A stretch of DNA of 62,723 nt, the filler included. It is 4 parts of 4 records of this genome, joined end to end, with 100 filler letters (N's around TTAATTAATTAA, not from the genome) between each part and the next. Parts side by side here need not be neighbours in the genome. Positions count along the whole stretch, not along the records: positions 1 to 23,855 come from SRR22947727_3838; positions 23,956 to 48,451 come from SRR22947727_3848; 2 more parts are not named here. The stretch is one strand, 5' to 3'. Under the pieces are notes generated by a model that did not search any database, had not been told where the DNA came from, and saw nothing but the letters and a program-made list of their open reading frames with translations. The position numbers and the translations under genes are program-made. How positions within the stretch are numbered: position 1 is the first letter of the stretch; every line of letters starts with the position of its first letter. Positions 20,251-30,535 of the stretch are shown piece after piece.

Positions 20251-21474
20251 ATGAAAAACAAGTTATACGATATGCCAATTTACATGGATTACTCTGCAAC
20301 CACGCCTGTTGATCCTCGTGTTGCTGAGAAGATGATTCCTTTTATCACTGAAGATTTTGGAAATCCTGCATCAAGAAGTCATCCATATGGATGGACTGCT
20401 GAAAAGGCCGTTGAGAATGCCAGGAAAGAGATTGCGCTATTAGTTAATGCCGATCCTAGAGAGATTGTTTGGACATCTGGAGCAACTGAGTCAAATAATT
20501 TAGCTATTAAGGGAGCAAGTAATTTTTATTCCAAAAAGGGAAAACATATCATCACATTGGCCACTGAACACAAGGCAGTGATTGATGCTGTAAGGGAATG
20601 TGAGCGCTTGGGGTATGAGGCATCGTATATGGAGCCAGAGCCAAACGGATTATTGGATATTGAAAAATTTAAATCGACGATACGCTCAGATACCGTTCTA
20701 GTGTCCGTGATGTTGGTGAATAATGAAATTGGTGTTATTCAAGACATCGAAACCATTGGGAATATTTGTCGTGAAAATAACATTATTTTTCACGTAGATG
20801 CTGCACAAGCAACCGGCAAAGTAAAAATTGATTTAGAGAAATTACCTGTAGACTTAATGAGCTTTTCGGCACATAAAACTTATGGTCCAAAAGGTGTAGG
20901 AGCCTTGTATGTTAGACGTAAACCACGAATTAGAATCGAACCTCAGATGCATGGAGGTGGTCATGAGAGAGGTATGCGTTCAGGAACACTTGCTACACAT
21001 CAAATTGTAGGGATGGGTGAAGCTTTTCGGATAGCACGAGAGGAAATGGAACAGGAAAATAAGCGGATAAAGAATCTACAATTAAAACTCCTCAAAGGCT
21101 TAACAGAAATTGAAGAAACTTATGTAAATGGTGATCTTGATAAAAGAGTGCCTCATAACTTAAATATAAGTTTTAACTATGTCGAGGGTGAATCTTTAAT
21201 TATGGCCATTAAAGGCATTGCTGTATCAAGTGGTTCAGCGTGTACCTCAGCAAGTTTAGAACCAAGTTATGTTTTAAGGGCATTGGGTCGTTCTGATGAA
21301 CTTGCGCATAGTTCGATACGTTTTTCTATTGGTAGATTTACGACTGACTCTGATGTTGAATATACAATAGCTTTGTTAAAAGAAAAAATAGATAAATTAA
21401 GAGAGTTATCACCATTATGGGAAATGTTTAAAGAAGGCGTTGATTTGGAAAAGGTAGAGTGGGCAGAGCATTAA
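20251..21474 (+). CDS. iscS: cysteine desulfurase IscS
   Basis: [34 protein letters not shown] tail. Confidence 0.97.
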   Translation: MKNKLYDMPIYMDYSATTPVDPRVAEKMIPFITEDFGNPASRSHPYGWTAEKAVENARKEIALLVNADPREIVWTSGATESNNLAIKGASNFYSKKGKHIITLATEHKAVIDAVRECERLGYEASYMEPEPNGLLDIEKFKSTIRSDTVLVSVMLVNNEIGVIQDIETIGNICRENNIIFHVDAAQATGKVKIDLEKLPVDLMSFSAHKTYGPKGVGALYVRRKPRIRIEPQMHGGGHERGMRSGTLATHQIVGMGEAFRIAREEMEQENKRIKNLQLKLLKGLTEIEETYVNGDLDKRVPHNLNISFNYVEGESLIMAIKGIAVSSGSACTSASLEPSYVLRALGRSDELAHSSIRFSIGRFTTDSDVEYTIALLKEKIDKLRELSPLWEMFKEGVDLEKVEWAEH

Positions 21475-21499
21475 TTAATATTTTATTAGGAGAATTATC

Positions 21500-21880
21500 A
21501 TGGCGTATAGCGATAAAGTTTTAGATCATTACGAGAATCCAAGAAATGTTGGGTCGTTTAATAAAGATGATTCTAATGTTGGTACAGGTATGGTTGGAGC
21601 ACCAGCTTGTGGTGACGTAATGAAATTACAAATTAAGATGGGTGACAATGGGATTATTGAGGATGCAAAATTTAAAACTTATGGTTGTGGCTCAGCCATT
21701 GCTTCAAGCTCATTGGTCACAGAGTGGTTGAAAGGTAAATCACTGGATCAAGCTTCGGAGATTAAAAATTCTGCCATTGCAGAAGAGTTAGCTCTTCCAC
21801 CCGTTAAAATTCATTGTTCTGTATTAGCTGAGGATGCAATTAAAGCTGCGGTTGAAGATTTAAAATCTAAACAAAAATAA
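21500..21880 (+). CDS. iscU: Fe-S scaffold IscU
   Basis: [25 protein letters not shown]. Confidence 0.98.
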   Translation: MAYSDKVLDHYENPRNVGSFNKDDSNVGTGMVGAPACGDVMKLQIKMGDNGIIEDAKFKTYGCGSAIASSSLVTEWLKGKSLDQASEIKNSAIAEELALPPVKIHCSVLAEDAIKAAVEDLKSKQK

Positions 21881-21881
21881 G

Positions 21882-22205
21882 ATGTCTATTTCACTAACAG
21901 AAAAGGCTGCTAAAAGAGCGAAGCGTTACCTAGACTCAAGGGGTAAGGGTGTAGGCCTTAAATTCGGTGTTAAAACGACCGGTTGCTCAGGTATGGCATA
22001 TATACTTGAGTTTGTTGATGAGGTGAGCCCAGAAGATCAAGTTTTTGAAAGTCATGGGATTAAAATTTTAGTTGATCCAAAAAGTTTAATTTATATCGAT
22101 GGAACTGAATTAGATTTTGTGAAAGAAGGCGTAAATGAAGGCTTTCAATTTAACAACCCGAACGTGAAAGACAGTTGTGGTTGTGGAGAAAGTTTTACAG
22201 TTTGA
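21882..22205 (+). CDS. iscA: Fe-S carrier IscA
   Basis: TGCSG, C-terminal CGCGESF. Confidence 0.97.
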   Translation: MSISLTEKAAKRAKRYLDSRGKGVGLKFGVKTTGCSGMAYILEFVDEVSPEDQVFESHGIKILVDPKSLIYIDGTELDFVKEGVNEGFQFNNPNVKDSCGCGESFTV

Positions 22206-22693
22206 CCCAAAATTATTTTGAATTATTTAACCTTTCTGAAAAATTTGAAATAGATTCGGAGAAACTACAAGAAAATTATCGTTCCATACAAAAAGAAATT
22301 CATCCGGACAGATTCGCAACTTCAACAGAAAATGAAAAAATTCAATCCATGATTAAGTCCACGCATGTTAATGATGCATATCAAACATTAAAGTCACCAA
22401 TAAAAAGAGCAAAATATATTTTATCGCTTCATAAATCTGTTGAAAAAATTTCATTACCACCAAATTTTTTGATGCAACAAATGGAATGGGAGGAGCATCT
22501 AGAAGATATAGAACAAAGCAAAAATGAATTGGCGGAATTTAAAGAAGCTATTAGTAAAGAATATGAACAATGTTTCTTGTTACTCAAAACACAAATTGAT
22601 ATTGAAAAAAATTGGAACGAAGCTGCAATCACAATAGATAAACTGCATTTTATAGAAAAACTTCTTAATAAAATAAAAATAACCTTAAACTAA
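22202..22693 (+). CDS. hscB: co-chaperone HscB (probable TTG start overlapping the iscA stop)
   Basis: NYFELF, J-domain HPD motif, FLMQQMEW. Confidence 0.93.
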   Translation: MTQNYFELFNLSEKFEIDSEKLQENYRSIQKEIHPDRFATSTENEKIQSMIKSTHVNDAYQTLKSPIKRAKYILSLHKSVEKISLPPNFLMQQMEWEEHLEDIEQSKNELAEFKEAISKEYEQCFLLLKTQIDIEKNWNEAAITIDKLHFIEKLLNKIKITLN

Positions 22694-22697
22694 AAAA

Positions 22698-23855
22698 ATG
22701 GCACTTCTTCAAATATCAGAACCTGGAAAAAGCACGATGCCTCATGAGCATCGTAGGGTGATTGGTATTGATCTTGGAACTACTAATTCCCTTGCGGCTT
22801 CAGTGATTAGCGGCAGTCCAACTATTTTAAATATAGAGAATAAATCAAACCTTTTACCTTCTGTTATCCATTACTCAAAAGACAATGTTCTTGTAGGAAA
22901 TGATGCTAAGAAACTTTTAAGTAAGGATCCTAAAAATACTATTTCCTCAGTTAAACGTTTAATTGGTAAAACAATTGGTGACATCAATCAAGATAATTTT
23001 CCTCTTAATTTAGAAGATGGTGATGGTGTTATAAATATTAAGACTTCAATTGGAATCAAGAACCCCATAGAAGTATCTGCTGAAATTCTAAAATCTCTTA
23101 GAACTGTTGCTGAAAAAAAATTAGGTGGTGAATTGATGGGTGCTGTTGTCACCGTCCCTGCCTATTTTGATGATGCGCAAAGACAAGCAACAAAAGATGC
23201 CTGTCAATTGTCAGGACTAAATATTTTACGTTTGATCAATGAGCCAACAGCGGCAGCTGTCGCTTATGGGTTGGATAAAAAATCTATGGGACACTTTGTT
23301 ATTTTTGATCTAGGTGGAGGTACGTTTGATGTGTCTATTTTAAATTTAACAAAGGGCTTATTTGAAGTCTTATCAACGCATGGCAATGCAAATCTGGGTG
23401 GTGATGATTTTGATCAAGCCATTATTAATTTTTTAAGTCATAAATATAAATTAAATATTAAAGATATTGAAATACAAAGCACAATTTCAATCTTAGCAAA
23501 AGAAATAAAAGAATCACTCTCCAATAATAAAGAGGTTGAAGTTTTAAAGGTCATCAACGGAAAAGAAATTCAAGAGACATTTACACGTGAGCAATTTAAA
23601 ACTTTAGTTGATGATTTAATTGAACAAACGATTGAAGCAACTAAAAGTGCCTTAAATGACGCTAAACTCAGCACTGATGAAATTGATGGCATCATTATGG
23701 TCGGTGGCTCGACAAGAATGCCGTGTATACAAGAAGCGGTTAAGAGCTTTTTTAAACAAGATTTACTTAATGACTTAAACCCTGATGAAGTCGTTGCATT
23801 AGGTGCAGCAATTCAAGCCAATATTTTAGCCGGAAATGGTCAAGAAGATCTTCTT
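22698..23855 (+). CDS. hscA: Fe-S chaperone HscA, truncated by the contig end
   Basis: [33 protein letters not shown]; runs into the N spacer. Confidence 0.95.
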
Positions 23856-23955
23856 NNNNNNNNNNNNNNNNNNNNNNNNNNNNNNNNNNNNNNNNNNNNT
23901 TAATTAATTAANNNNNNNNNNNNNNNNNNNNNNNNNNNNNNNNNNNNNNNNNNNN
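23856..23955. other. artificial contig spacer N44-TTAATTAATTAA-N44
   Basis: Exactly 100 bp with a core giving stop codons in all six frames; genes on both sides are truncated and unrelated. Confidence 0.98.
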
Positions 23956-23956
23956 T

Positions 23957-24079
23957 GGCATTGAACGATTGCTCTCTGCAACAGGCCCAATATTGATGCA
24001 TGTAAAAATAGACACATATGAAAATGTTTGGCCGCTTGTGCCGCCGGGGCGAAGTAATGCCGATATGATGGAACGCTAG
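23957..24079 (+). CDS. ilvG: C-terminal fragment of acetolactate synthase II large subunit (not in the ORF track)
   Basis: Translates GIERLLSATGPILMHVKIDTYENVWPLVPPGRSNADMMER*; ENVWPLVPPG is the IlvG-type C-terminal motif. Confidence 0.85.
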   Translation, partial: GIERLLSATGPILMHVKIDTYENVWPLVPPGRSNADMMER

Positions 24080-24089
24080 GAATAATTAA

Positions 24090-24392
24090 ATGGTAGAATT
24101 ACAGCGAGATAAGACATTTGAACCTTCTGGTGTTCATGGCAAACTTAAAATTGTACTTCATGATGTTAGTGGTACTTTAATAAGGGCCTTAGGAACCATT
24201 GAACGCCGTGGTTATGATTATAGAGACGTGCATTGCACTCAGCGTGTGGATGGTGATTTTGATTTACTGGTTCATATTGAAGATACAGGTGGGCCTAATA
24301 ATCTAGATACATTATGTAAACAATTAGAGCGACTCTATAATGTGGTTAGTGCTGAAAAAGTAGGTAGGCGAAAGCATGCTGAAAGAGCTTAA
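24090..24392 (+). CDS. ilvM: acetolactate synthase II small (ACT) subunit
   Basis: G.L.R.LG..ERRG and L.KQLERLY.V pattern; directly after ilvG. Confidence 0.8.
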   Translation: MVELQRDKTFEPSGVHGKLKIVLHDVSGTLIRALGTIERRGYDYRDVHCTQRVDGDFDLLVHIEDTGGPNNLDTLCKQLERLYNVVSAEKVGRRKHAERA

Positions 24393-24427
24393 ATGTAAGA
24401 AATTAGATAATACCTAGAGAATGCACC

Positions 24428-25981
24428 ATGATGGATAAAAATAAAGTTATAATTTTTGACACCACCCTAAGAGATGGTGAACAAGCACCAGGTTTCTCAA
24501 TGTCATCTGGACAAAAACTTGCTATGGCACAAGCTTTAGAGGGTCTAGGTGTTAATGTAATTGAGGCAGGGTTTGCAGCTGCATCACCAGGTGATTTTGA
24601 AGCAATTAAAACAATAGCTGAAAATATTAAAAATAGTACAATATGCTCTTTAGCGCGCTGTAACGAAAACGATATTCGCTCGAGCGGTAAAGCAATTAAG
24701 CCAGCAAACTCAGGCCGAATTCATACCTTTATAGCCACCTCTCCCTTACACCGTGAATATAAACTAAAAATGTCCAAAGATGAAATTGTAAATCGTGCGA
24801 TTTCTGGCATAAAACTAGCGAGAAACTTTACTGATGATGTTGAATTTTCATGTGAAGATGCAATTCGTACTGAAAGGGATTACCTTAAAAAAGTTGTTGA
24901 GGCTGCAATAAAAGCGGGAGCTACAACAATTAATATTCCTGATACTGTTGGCTATACAACTCCTGAGGAGATACAAAGATTATTTGAATTTCTTACAAGT
25001 CAAATTGAAGGGTGCGATAATACTATATTTTCAGCACATTGTCATGATGATCTTGGCCTAGCTGTTGCAAATTCGCTTGCGGCTATTAGGGGTGGAGCCA
25101 GGCAGGTGGAATGCGCCCTTAATGGAATTGGCGAAAGAGCTGGAAATTGCGCTACCGAAGAGGTTGTTATGGCACTAAATACGCGTAAGGATTTTTATGG
25201 CCTCTCTACTGATATTAAAACTGAGGGTATATATGGAGCTTCAAAATTACTCGCTACATTAACAGGAAACCCTGTGCCACGTAATAAAGCAATAGTAGGA
25301 AAAAATGCTTTTGCTCATGAAAGTGGAATACACCAGCACGGTGTTTTAGCCAATCGCGAAACATACGAAATCATGAAACCTGAGGATGTAGGTGTTTCGA
25401 CTGATAACTTGGTTTTAGGCAAGCATTCAGGAAGAGCTGCTTTAAAAAGCCGTGCAGAAAAGATTGGCTTTGATCTGTCAGACAACCAATTAATGTCAGT
25501 TTTTGTAGCATTTAAAGAACTAGCAGACTCAAAAAAAGAAGTTTTTGATGCTGATTTAGAAGCTTTGATACTTGGTGAGGCAGTGGGAACTCAAGGACCT
25601 TGGAAATTAGAAAGCCTTTCTGTTTCAGCTGGTTCTGATGATAATACCTCCCCGAGTGCAAAGGTTAAGTTATTGCATGAAAGTGGTAACTTAGAAGAGA
25701 CGATTATTCAGGCTGCGGGACCAGTAAATGCCGTTTTTTTGGCAATTTCCCAAATAACCGGCCATCCATTACATTTGGAAAGCTTTACGGTTCAATCTGT
25801 CTCTGAGGGTAAAGATGCAATGGCCGAAGCTTCAGTTAGTGTGTCAACTGAATTTGAAAACTATCAAGGCCGGGGAGCAAGTACAGATACTGTTCTTGCG
25901 GGAGCAAAGGCTTATCTTGATGTTATCAACAGGATTGAACGGAGGGCCGTGCGCCAAGCTTCGATAGCTGCACAGCATTAA
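24428..25981 (+). CDS. leuA: 2-isopropylmalate synthase
   Basis: FDTTLRDGEQ, HCHDDLG, GIGERAGN, HESGIHQHG, regulatory domain. Confidence 0.97.
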   Translation: MMDKNKVIIFDTTLRDGEQAPGFSMSSGQKLAMAQALEGLGVNVIEAGFAAASPGDFEAIKTIAENIKNSTICSLARCNENDIRSSGKAIKPANSGRIHTFIATSPLHREYKLKMSKDEIVNRAISGIKLARNFTDDVEFSCEDAIRTERDYLKKVVEAAIKAGATTINIPDTVGYTTPEEIQRLFEFLTSQIEGCDNTIFSAHCHDDLGLAVANSLAAIRGGARQVECALNGIGERAGNCATEEVVMALNTRKDFYGLSTDIKTEGIYGASKLLATLTGNPVPRNKAIVGKNAFAHESGIHQHGVLANRETYEIMKPEDVGVSTDNLVLGKHSGRAALKSRAEKIGFDLSDNQLMSVFVAFKELADSKKEVFDADLEALILGEAVGTQGPWKLESLSVSAGSDDNTSPSAKVKLLHESGNLEETIIQAAGPVNAVFLAISQITGHPLHLESFTVQSVSEGKDAMAEASVSVSTEFENYQGRGASTDTVLAGAKAYLDVINRIERRAVRQASIAAQH

Positions 25982-25982
25982 T

Positions 25983-27377
25983 ATGAGAAAAACACTCTTT
26001 GATAAAGTTTGGCTGAAGCATGTTGTTGTTCCTGAAACAGAAACACACCCCGCTACTATCTTTATAGATTTGCATCTTATTCATGAGGTTACCTCTCCTC
26101 AAGCATTCACTTTATTAAGTAATAGAGGTCTGGGTGTCAGAAGACCAGATTTAACTCTAGCAACGATTGATCACTCTACCCCAACTCTCGTGAATCATGA
26201 TGGCTCTCGTCCCTATGTTTCCGATGAGGCTCGTATACAAGTGGAGACATTACTCAAGAATACTAAAAAATTTGGTATTGAGACACATGGCTGGGATAGC
26301 GAGTACCGCGGTATTGTTCATGTCATGGGTCCCGAGCTGGGAGCAACCCACCCTGGTGCAACTATTGTTTGTGGTGATAGCCATACTTCAACTCATGGCG
26401 CATTTGGTGCAATTGCGTTTGGAATTGGAACTACTCAGGTAGGGCATGTTCTAGCAAATCAATGTATTTTGATGAAAAAACCTAAAACTATGGCAATAAA
26501 TGTCAATGGAAAGCTCAATAGAGGAGTTACGCCAAAGGATGTTATTCTACATATAATTTCATTAATAGGAATTGGCGGTGGAACTGGTTATGCTATTGAG
26601 TATCGTGGAAATGTTTTTGAAGAGATGAGCATGGATGGCCGGATGACTGTTTGCAATATGTCTATTGAAGCGGGCGCTCGCTGTGGCATGATTGCGCCTG
26701 ATGCAGTAACTTTTGAGTTTCTTAAAAACCGTAAATATACTCCTCCAAATTATGAGAATAGTTGTGCTGAATGGCTGTCTTTATCTACTGATGAAGGTGC
26801 TTTATTTGATAAAGAAGTTAATATTGAGGCTGATATGATAAAACCAATGGTTACATATGGTACCCACCCTGGGATGGGTATTCCAATAGACTCATTTATT
26901 CCGAAGTCGAATAATTCAGCAGAAAAAGATTCACTTAATTATATGCAAATTAATGAAGGTGATAAAATATTAGGTATAAAGGTTGATAAGGTATTTATTG
27001 GATCTTGCACTAATTCCCGTATGGACGACCTTAGAGCTGCAGCTAGTGTTTTTAATAAAAAGAAAATAGCATCTCATGTGAAAGCTTTAGTTGTACCTGG
27101 TAGCGCTCAAATAAAAGCTCTTGCTGAGAAAGAGGGCTTAGATAAAATATTTATGGATGCAGGTGCTGAATGGCGTGAAGCTGGATGTTCAATGTGTTTG
27201 GGTATGAACGGAGATATAGGTTTACCGGGAGAACTCATAGTTTCCACCTCTAATCGTAATTTTATGGGGCGTCAGGGACCGGGTGTACGAACTATATTGG
27301 CATCCCCTGAAACGGCGGCTTCGACTGCTATAGCGGGAATACTCGAAGATCCTCGTAATTCAAAGAAAATAAAATGA
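25983..27377 (+). CDS. leuC: 3-isopropylmalate dehydratase large subunit
   Basis: HEVTSPQAF, CGDSHT, GSCTNSR, GCSMCLGMN, STSNRNF. Confidence 0.97.
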   Translation: MRKTLFDKVWLKHVVVPETETHPATIFIDLHLIHEVTSPQAFTLLSNRGLGVRRPDLTLATIDHSTPTLVNHDGSRPYVSDEARIQVETLLKNTKKFGIETHGWDSEYRGIVHVMGPELGATHPGATIVCGDSHTSTHGAFGAIAFGIGTTQVGHVLANQCILMKKPKTMAINVNGKLNRGVTPKDVILHIISLIGIGGGTGYAIEYRGNVFEEMSMDGRMTVCNMSIEAGARCGMIAPDAVTFEFLKNRKYTPPNYENSCAEWLSLSTDEGALFDKEVNIEADMIKPMVTYGTHPGMGIPIDSFIPKSNNSAEKDSLNYMQINEGDKILGIKVDKVFIGSCTNSRMDDLRAAASVFNKKKIASHVKALVVPGSAQIKALAEKEGLDKIFMDAGAEWREAGCSMCLGMNGDIGLPGELIVSTSNRNFMGRQGPGVRTILASPETAASTAIAGILEDPRNSKKIK

Positions 27378-27949
27378 CCATAGAACCACTAAAATTAGTT
27401 TCTTCAAGGACATTAGTCTTGACATCAAGTAATATTGATACTGATCAGATAATGCCCGCTAAATTTTTATCCATGACAACGCAGAATGGATTGGGTGTAC
27501 ATGTTTTTTCCAACTTGAGATATACTGATGATGGAGCCTTAACTAATCATGAACTAAACTCAGTAAGTGGCAAGGCATGTAAAATACTTGTTGCGGGAGA
27601 CAATTTTGGTTGTGGTTCATCACGTGAACATGCCCCGTGGGGACTTACTGATTATGGATTTCGTGTAATAATTAGCTCAAGTATTGCTGATATCTTTAAA
27701 GCGAATGCTCTAAAAAATGGACTATTGCCTGTTACTATAAATATAGATGTTCATGAGTGGCTTCTTAGAAATCCAGGGGTATACGTAACTGTAAATCTGG
27801 AAACTTGCTTAGTCGAGCTCCCAAGTGGAATGGGCTCTCATTCTTTTGAAATAGATAGTTTTTCTCGTTATTGCTTACTCGAAGGACTTGATGAAATGGG
27901 TTATTTACTTGCACAAAGTGACCAAATTTCTGAATTTGAAGATAGATAA
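27374..27949 (+). CDS. leuD: 3-isopropylmalate dehydratase small subunit
   Basis: NIDTDQI, NFGCGSSREHAPW. Confidence 0.97.
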   Translation: MTIEPLKLVSSRTLVLTSSNIDTDQIMPAKFLSMTTQNGLGVHVFSNLRYTDDGALTNHELNSVSGKACKILVAGDNFGCGSSREHAPWGLTDYGFRVIISSSIADIFKANALKNGLLPVTINIDVHEWLLRNPGVYVTVNLETCLVELPSGMGSHSFEIDSFSRYCLLEGLDEMGYLLAQSDQISEFEDR

Positions 27950-27955
27950 AATTAT

Positions 27956-29011
27956 ATGGCAAAAATAAATTTTACATATCTCCCTGGTGATGGAATAGGG
28001 CCCGAAGTAGGGAGTGCCGCAATTAGTGTGTTGCAAGCGATCTCTAGTAAGTTTGGTCATAATTTAGAAATAGAGCAGCACCTTATCGGGGGTGCAGCAA
28101 TTGATGCAATGGGAGAACCTCTTCCTAAAAAAACATTTGAATCTTGTGAAAGAACAGGAGCTATTTTACTTGGTGCTGTAGGGGGACCTAAGTGGGATCA
28201 TCTGAAAGGTTCTGAGCGACCAGAATTAGGATCGTTATTACCTTTAAGAAAAAAGTTAAATCTATATGCAAATATTCGTCCATGTAAACCATATGAAGAA
28301 TTAATTAGCAAATCGCCTTTGAAGCATGAACGCATAAGGGGAACTGACTTCATAGTTATGCGTGAGCTTACAGGCGGAATATATTTTGGTAAAAAGGGAC
28401 GTGATAGTTTAGGTGCTTATGATGAATGCCGATATTCAAAGGAAGAAATTGAACGTATAACTATAAAAGCCTTTGATTTGGCAAGGCAGCGTAAAAAGAA
28501 GGTTACTTCTGTTGATAAATCTAATGTACTAGAGACTTCGCGATTGTGGAGAGAGACAGTAACTGAAGTTTCTAAAAGATATAATGATGTTAAAGTTGAG
28601 CATTTGTTAGTTGATGCTATGACTATGCATATGCTTACAAAGTCTCAGAGCTTTGATGTCATTTTAACTGAAAATATGTTTGGTGATATATTAACGGATG
28701 AAGCATCTGTGCTCACAGGATCCATGGGTGTTATTCCTTCAGCTTCCGTATCAGATGGAACCGTTGGTATGTATGAGCCGATTCATGGAAGTGCCCCTGA
28801 TATTGCGGGTCAAAATAAGGCAAATCCTTTAGCAATGATTTTATCGGTCGCTTGGATGCTTCGACTTTCATTTGGTATGGATATTGAAGCATCTTTAATA
28901 GAAAGGGCGGTAAAATTAGCTTTAACAGAAAATCAAATAACCGCCGACCTTGGCGGCTTTCTATCTACTCAGCAAGTAGGTTCTTGGATAGTAAATTATG
29001 TCCAAAGTTAA
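27956..29011 (+). CDS. leuB: 3-isopropylmalate dehydrogenase
   Basis: LPGDGIGPEV, RELTGGIYFG, NMFGDILTDEA, EPIHGSAPDIAG. Confidence 0.97.
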   Translation: MAKINFTYLPGDGIGPEVGSAAISVLQAISSKFGHNLEIEQHLIGGAAIDAMGEPLPKKTFESCERTGAILLGAVGGPKWDHLKGSERPELGSLLPLRKKLNLYANIRPCKPYEELISKSPLKHERIRGTDFIVMRELTGGIYFGKKGRDSLGAYDECRYSKEEIERITIKAFDLARQRKKKVTSVDKSNVLETSRLWRETVTEVSKRYNDVKVEHLLVDAMTMHMLTKSQSFDVILTENMFGDILTDEASVLTGSMGVIPSASVSDGTVGMYEPIHGSAPDIAGQNKANPLAMILSVAWMLRLSFGMDIEASLIERAVKLALTENQITADLGGFLSTQQVGSWIVNYVQS

Positions 29012-30524
29012 CCTCAAAAATTTAAAAGAACGTATAGAAAATGCTAACGTGTATGCCCTTGCAAAAAGGACACCCTGTCAATTAGCGGAAAAACTAAGTT
29101 ATGAATCTGGTAGAGAAATATGGTTAAAACGAGAAGATTTACAAGATGTATTTAGCTTTAAAATTCGCGGTGCGGCTAATAGAATTTCAAATTTGAGCTA
29201 TGCTGAAAAGTTGAAAGGTGTTTGTGCTGCTAGTGCAGGAAATCATGCGCAGGGAATGGCAGCTGCAGCCCAATATTACCAAACTAAAGCAGTTATATTC
29301 ATGCCTATAACTACACCAAAAATAAAAATCAATGCTGTGCGTGCAGCAGGTGCAGAGACGCGATTAGTCGGAGAAAATTATGATGAATCTTGTGAGGCGG
29401 CCCTAAGTTATTCAAAAGAAACGGGCGCTATATTTATTCATCCTTTCGATGAGCTAGACGTTATTGCAGGGCAGGGTACAGTTGGAAAAGAGATCTTAGA
29501 GCAAATGACCCATGCTCCAGATGCGATTTATGTATGTACTGGAGGCGGCGGATTAATTTCAGGAATTGGCACGTGGGTAAAATCAATATCTTCTGATATA
29601 AAAATAATTGCCGTTGAGCCTGAAGGTGCAGCCACACTCCAAACTTCTTTAAAGTCAGGGCGTCCTGTAAAGCTCGATAAAGTTGATGGTTTTGCGGATG
29701 GAGTTGCAGTAAAAACAGTTGGTTCTAATACATTTGAAATATGTCAGATTGTTGTTGACGAGACTATAACAGTAACGAATGCAGAGATTTGTTCAGCAGT
29801 TAAAGATATTTTTGAGGCAACAAGAACTTTAGTTGAACCTGCGGGTGCTTTAGCTTTAGCAGGTTTTCTTAAGCAAGTGAGCATGGGCACTGCTCCAAAA
29901 GGAATATCAGTAGCTACAATATCTGGAGCCAATGTAAACTTTGATAGAATTGGAAATATTGTTGAGCAGGCAGAACTTGGATCTGGCCAAGAAATGCTTT
30001 TTGCCGCGGAAATAGCTGAAAAAAAAGGTGCATTTCTTGAGTTTGTAAAAACTTTAAACAAGCGGGATATAAGTGAATTTAATTACAGATACTCATCTGA
30101 TAAAGTTGCGCGAGTATTTGTGGGAGTAAAAACTCAGTCTTCTGATGAGCGTTATAGTATAATTAATTCTATGAAGGAAAATGATATTAATATTGTAGAT
30201 TTATCTGAAGATAGATTATCTAAGCGACATTTGCGGCACATGGTTGGGGGTAGGTCTGCCAAAAACTTCAGTGAGAAAATATATCGTTTTGACTTTCCAG
30301 AAAGACCTGGTGCTTTAATAAATTTTCTGACGAGTTTGAATAATGACTGGGATATTTCTCTTTTTCATTATAGAAATCATGGAGCGTCAACTGGGCATGT
30401 GCTTTGCGGTTTCAAAGTAGAGAATAACCAGAGCGATAGTTTAGAACTTAGTCTATCTGATATAGGATACCCAATGACTGATGAAACTCAAAATATCGCA
30501 TATGATTATTTTTTGAGAAACTGA
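28998..30524 (+). CDS. ilvA: biosynthetic threonine dehydratase, long form with two regulatory domains
   Basis: KREDLQ.VFSFKIRGA, SAGNHAQG, FPERPGAL, LFHYRNHG. Confidence 0.95.
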   Translation: MSKVNLKNLKERIENANVYALAKRTPCQLAEKLSYESGREIWLKREDLQDVFSFKIRGAANRISNLSYAEKLKGVCAASAGNHAQGMAAAAQYYQTKAVIFMPITTPKIKINAVRAAGAETRLVGENYDESCEAALSYSKETGAIFIHPFDELDVIAGQGTVGKEILEQMTHAPDAIYVCTGGGGLISGIGTWVKSISSDIKIIAVEPEGAATLQTSLKSGRPVKLDKVDGFADGVAVKTVGSNTFEICQIVVDETITVTNAEICSAVKDIFEATRTLVEPAGALALAGFLKQVSMGTAPKGISVATISGANVNFDRIGNIVEQAELGSGQEMLFAAEIAEKKGAFLEFVKTLNKRDISEFNYRYSSDKVARVFVGVKTQSSDERYSIINSMKENDINIVDLSEDRLSKRHLRHMVGGRSAKNFSEKIYRFDFPERPGALINFLTSLNNDWDISLFHYRNHGASTGHVLCGFKVENNQSDSLELSLSDIGYPMTDETQNIAYDYFLRN

Positions 30525-30535
30525 GACAAAAGCTT

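Noticed and set aside
22698..23855. hscA and other junction genes as pseudogenes
   Set aside because: They are cut by contig ends and show no internal stops or frameshifts.
23900..23911. TTAATTAATTAA repeated three times as a possible biological repeat
   Set aside because: It is always centred in exactly 44+44 Ns, so it is a six-frame-stop linker. ORFs with X runs are artefacts of it.
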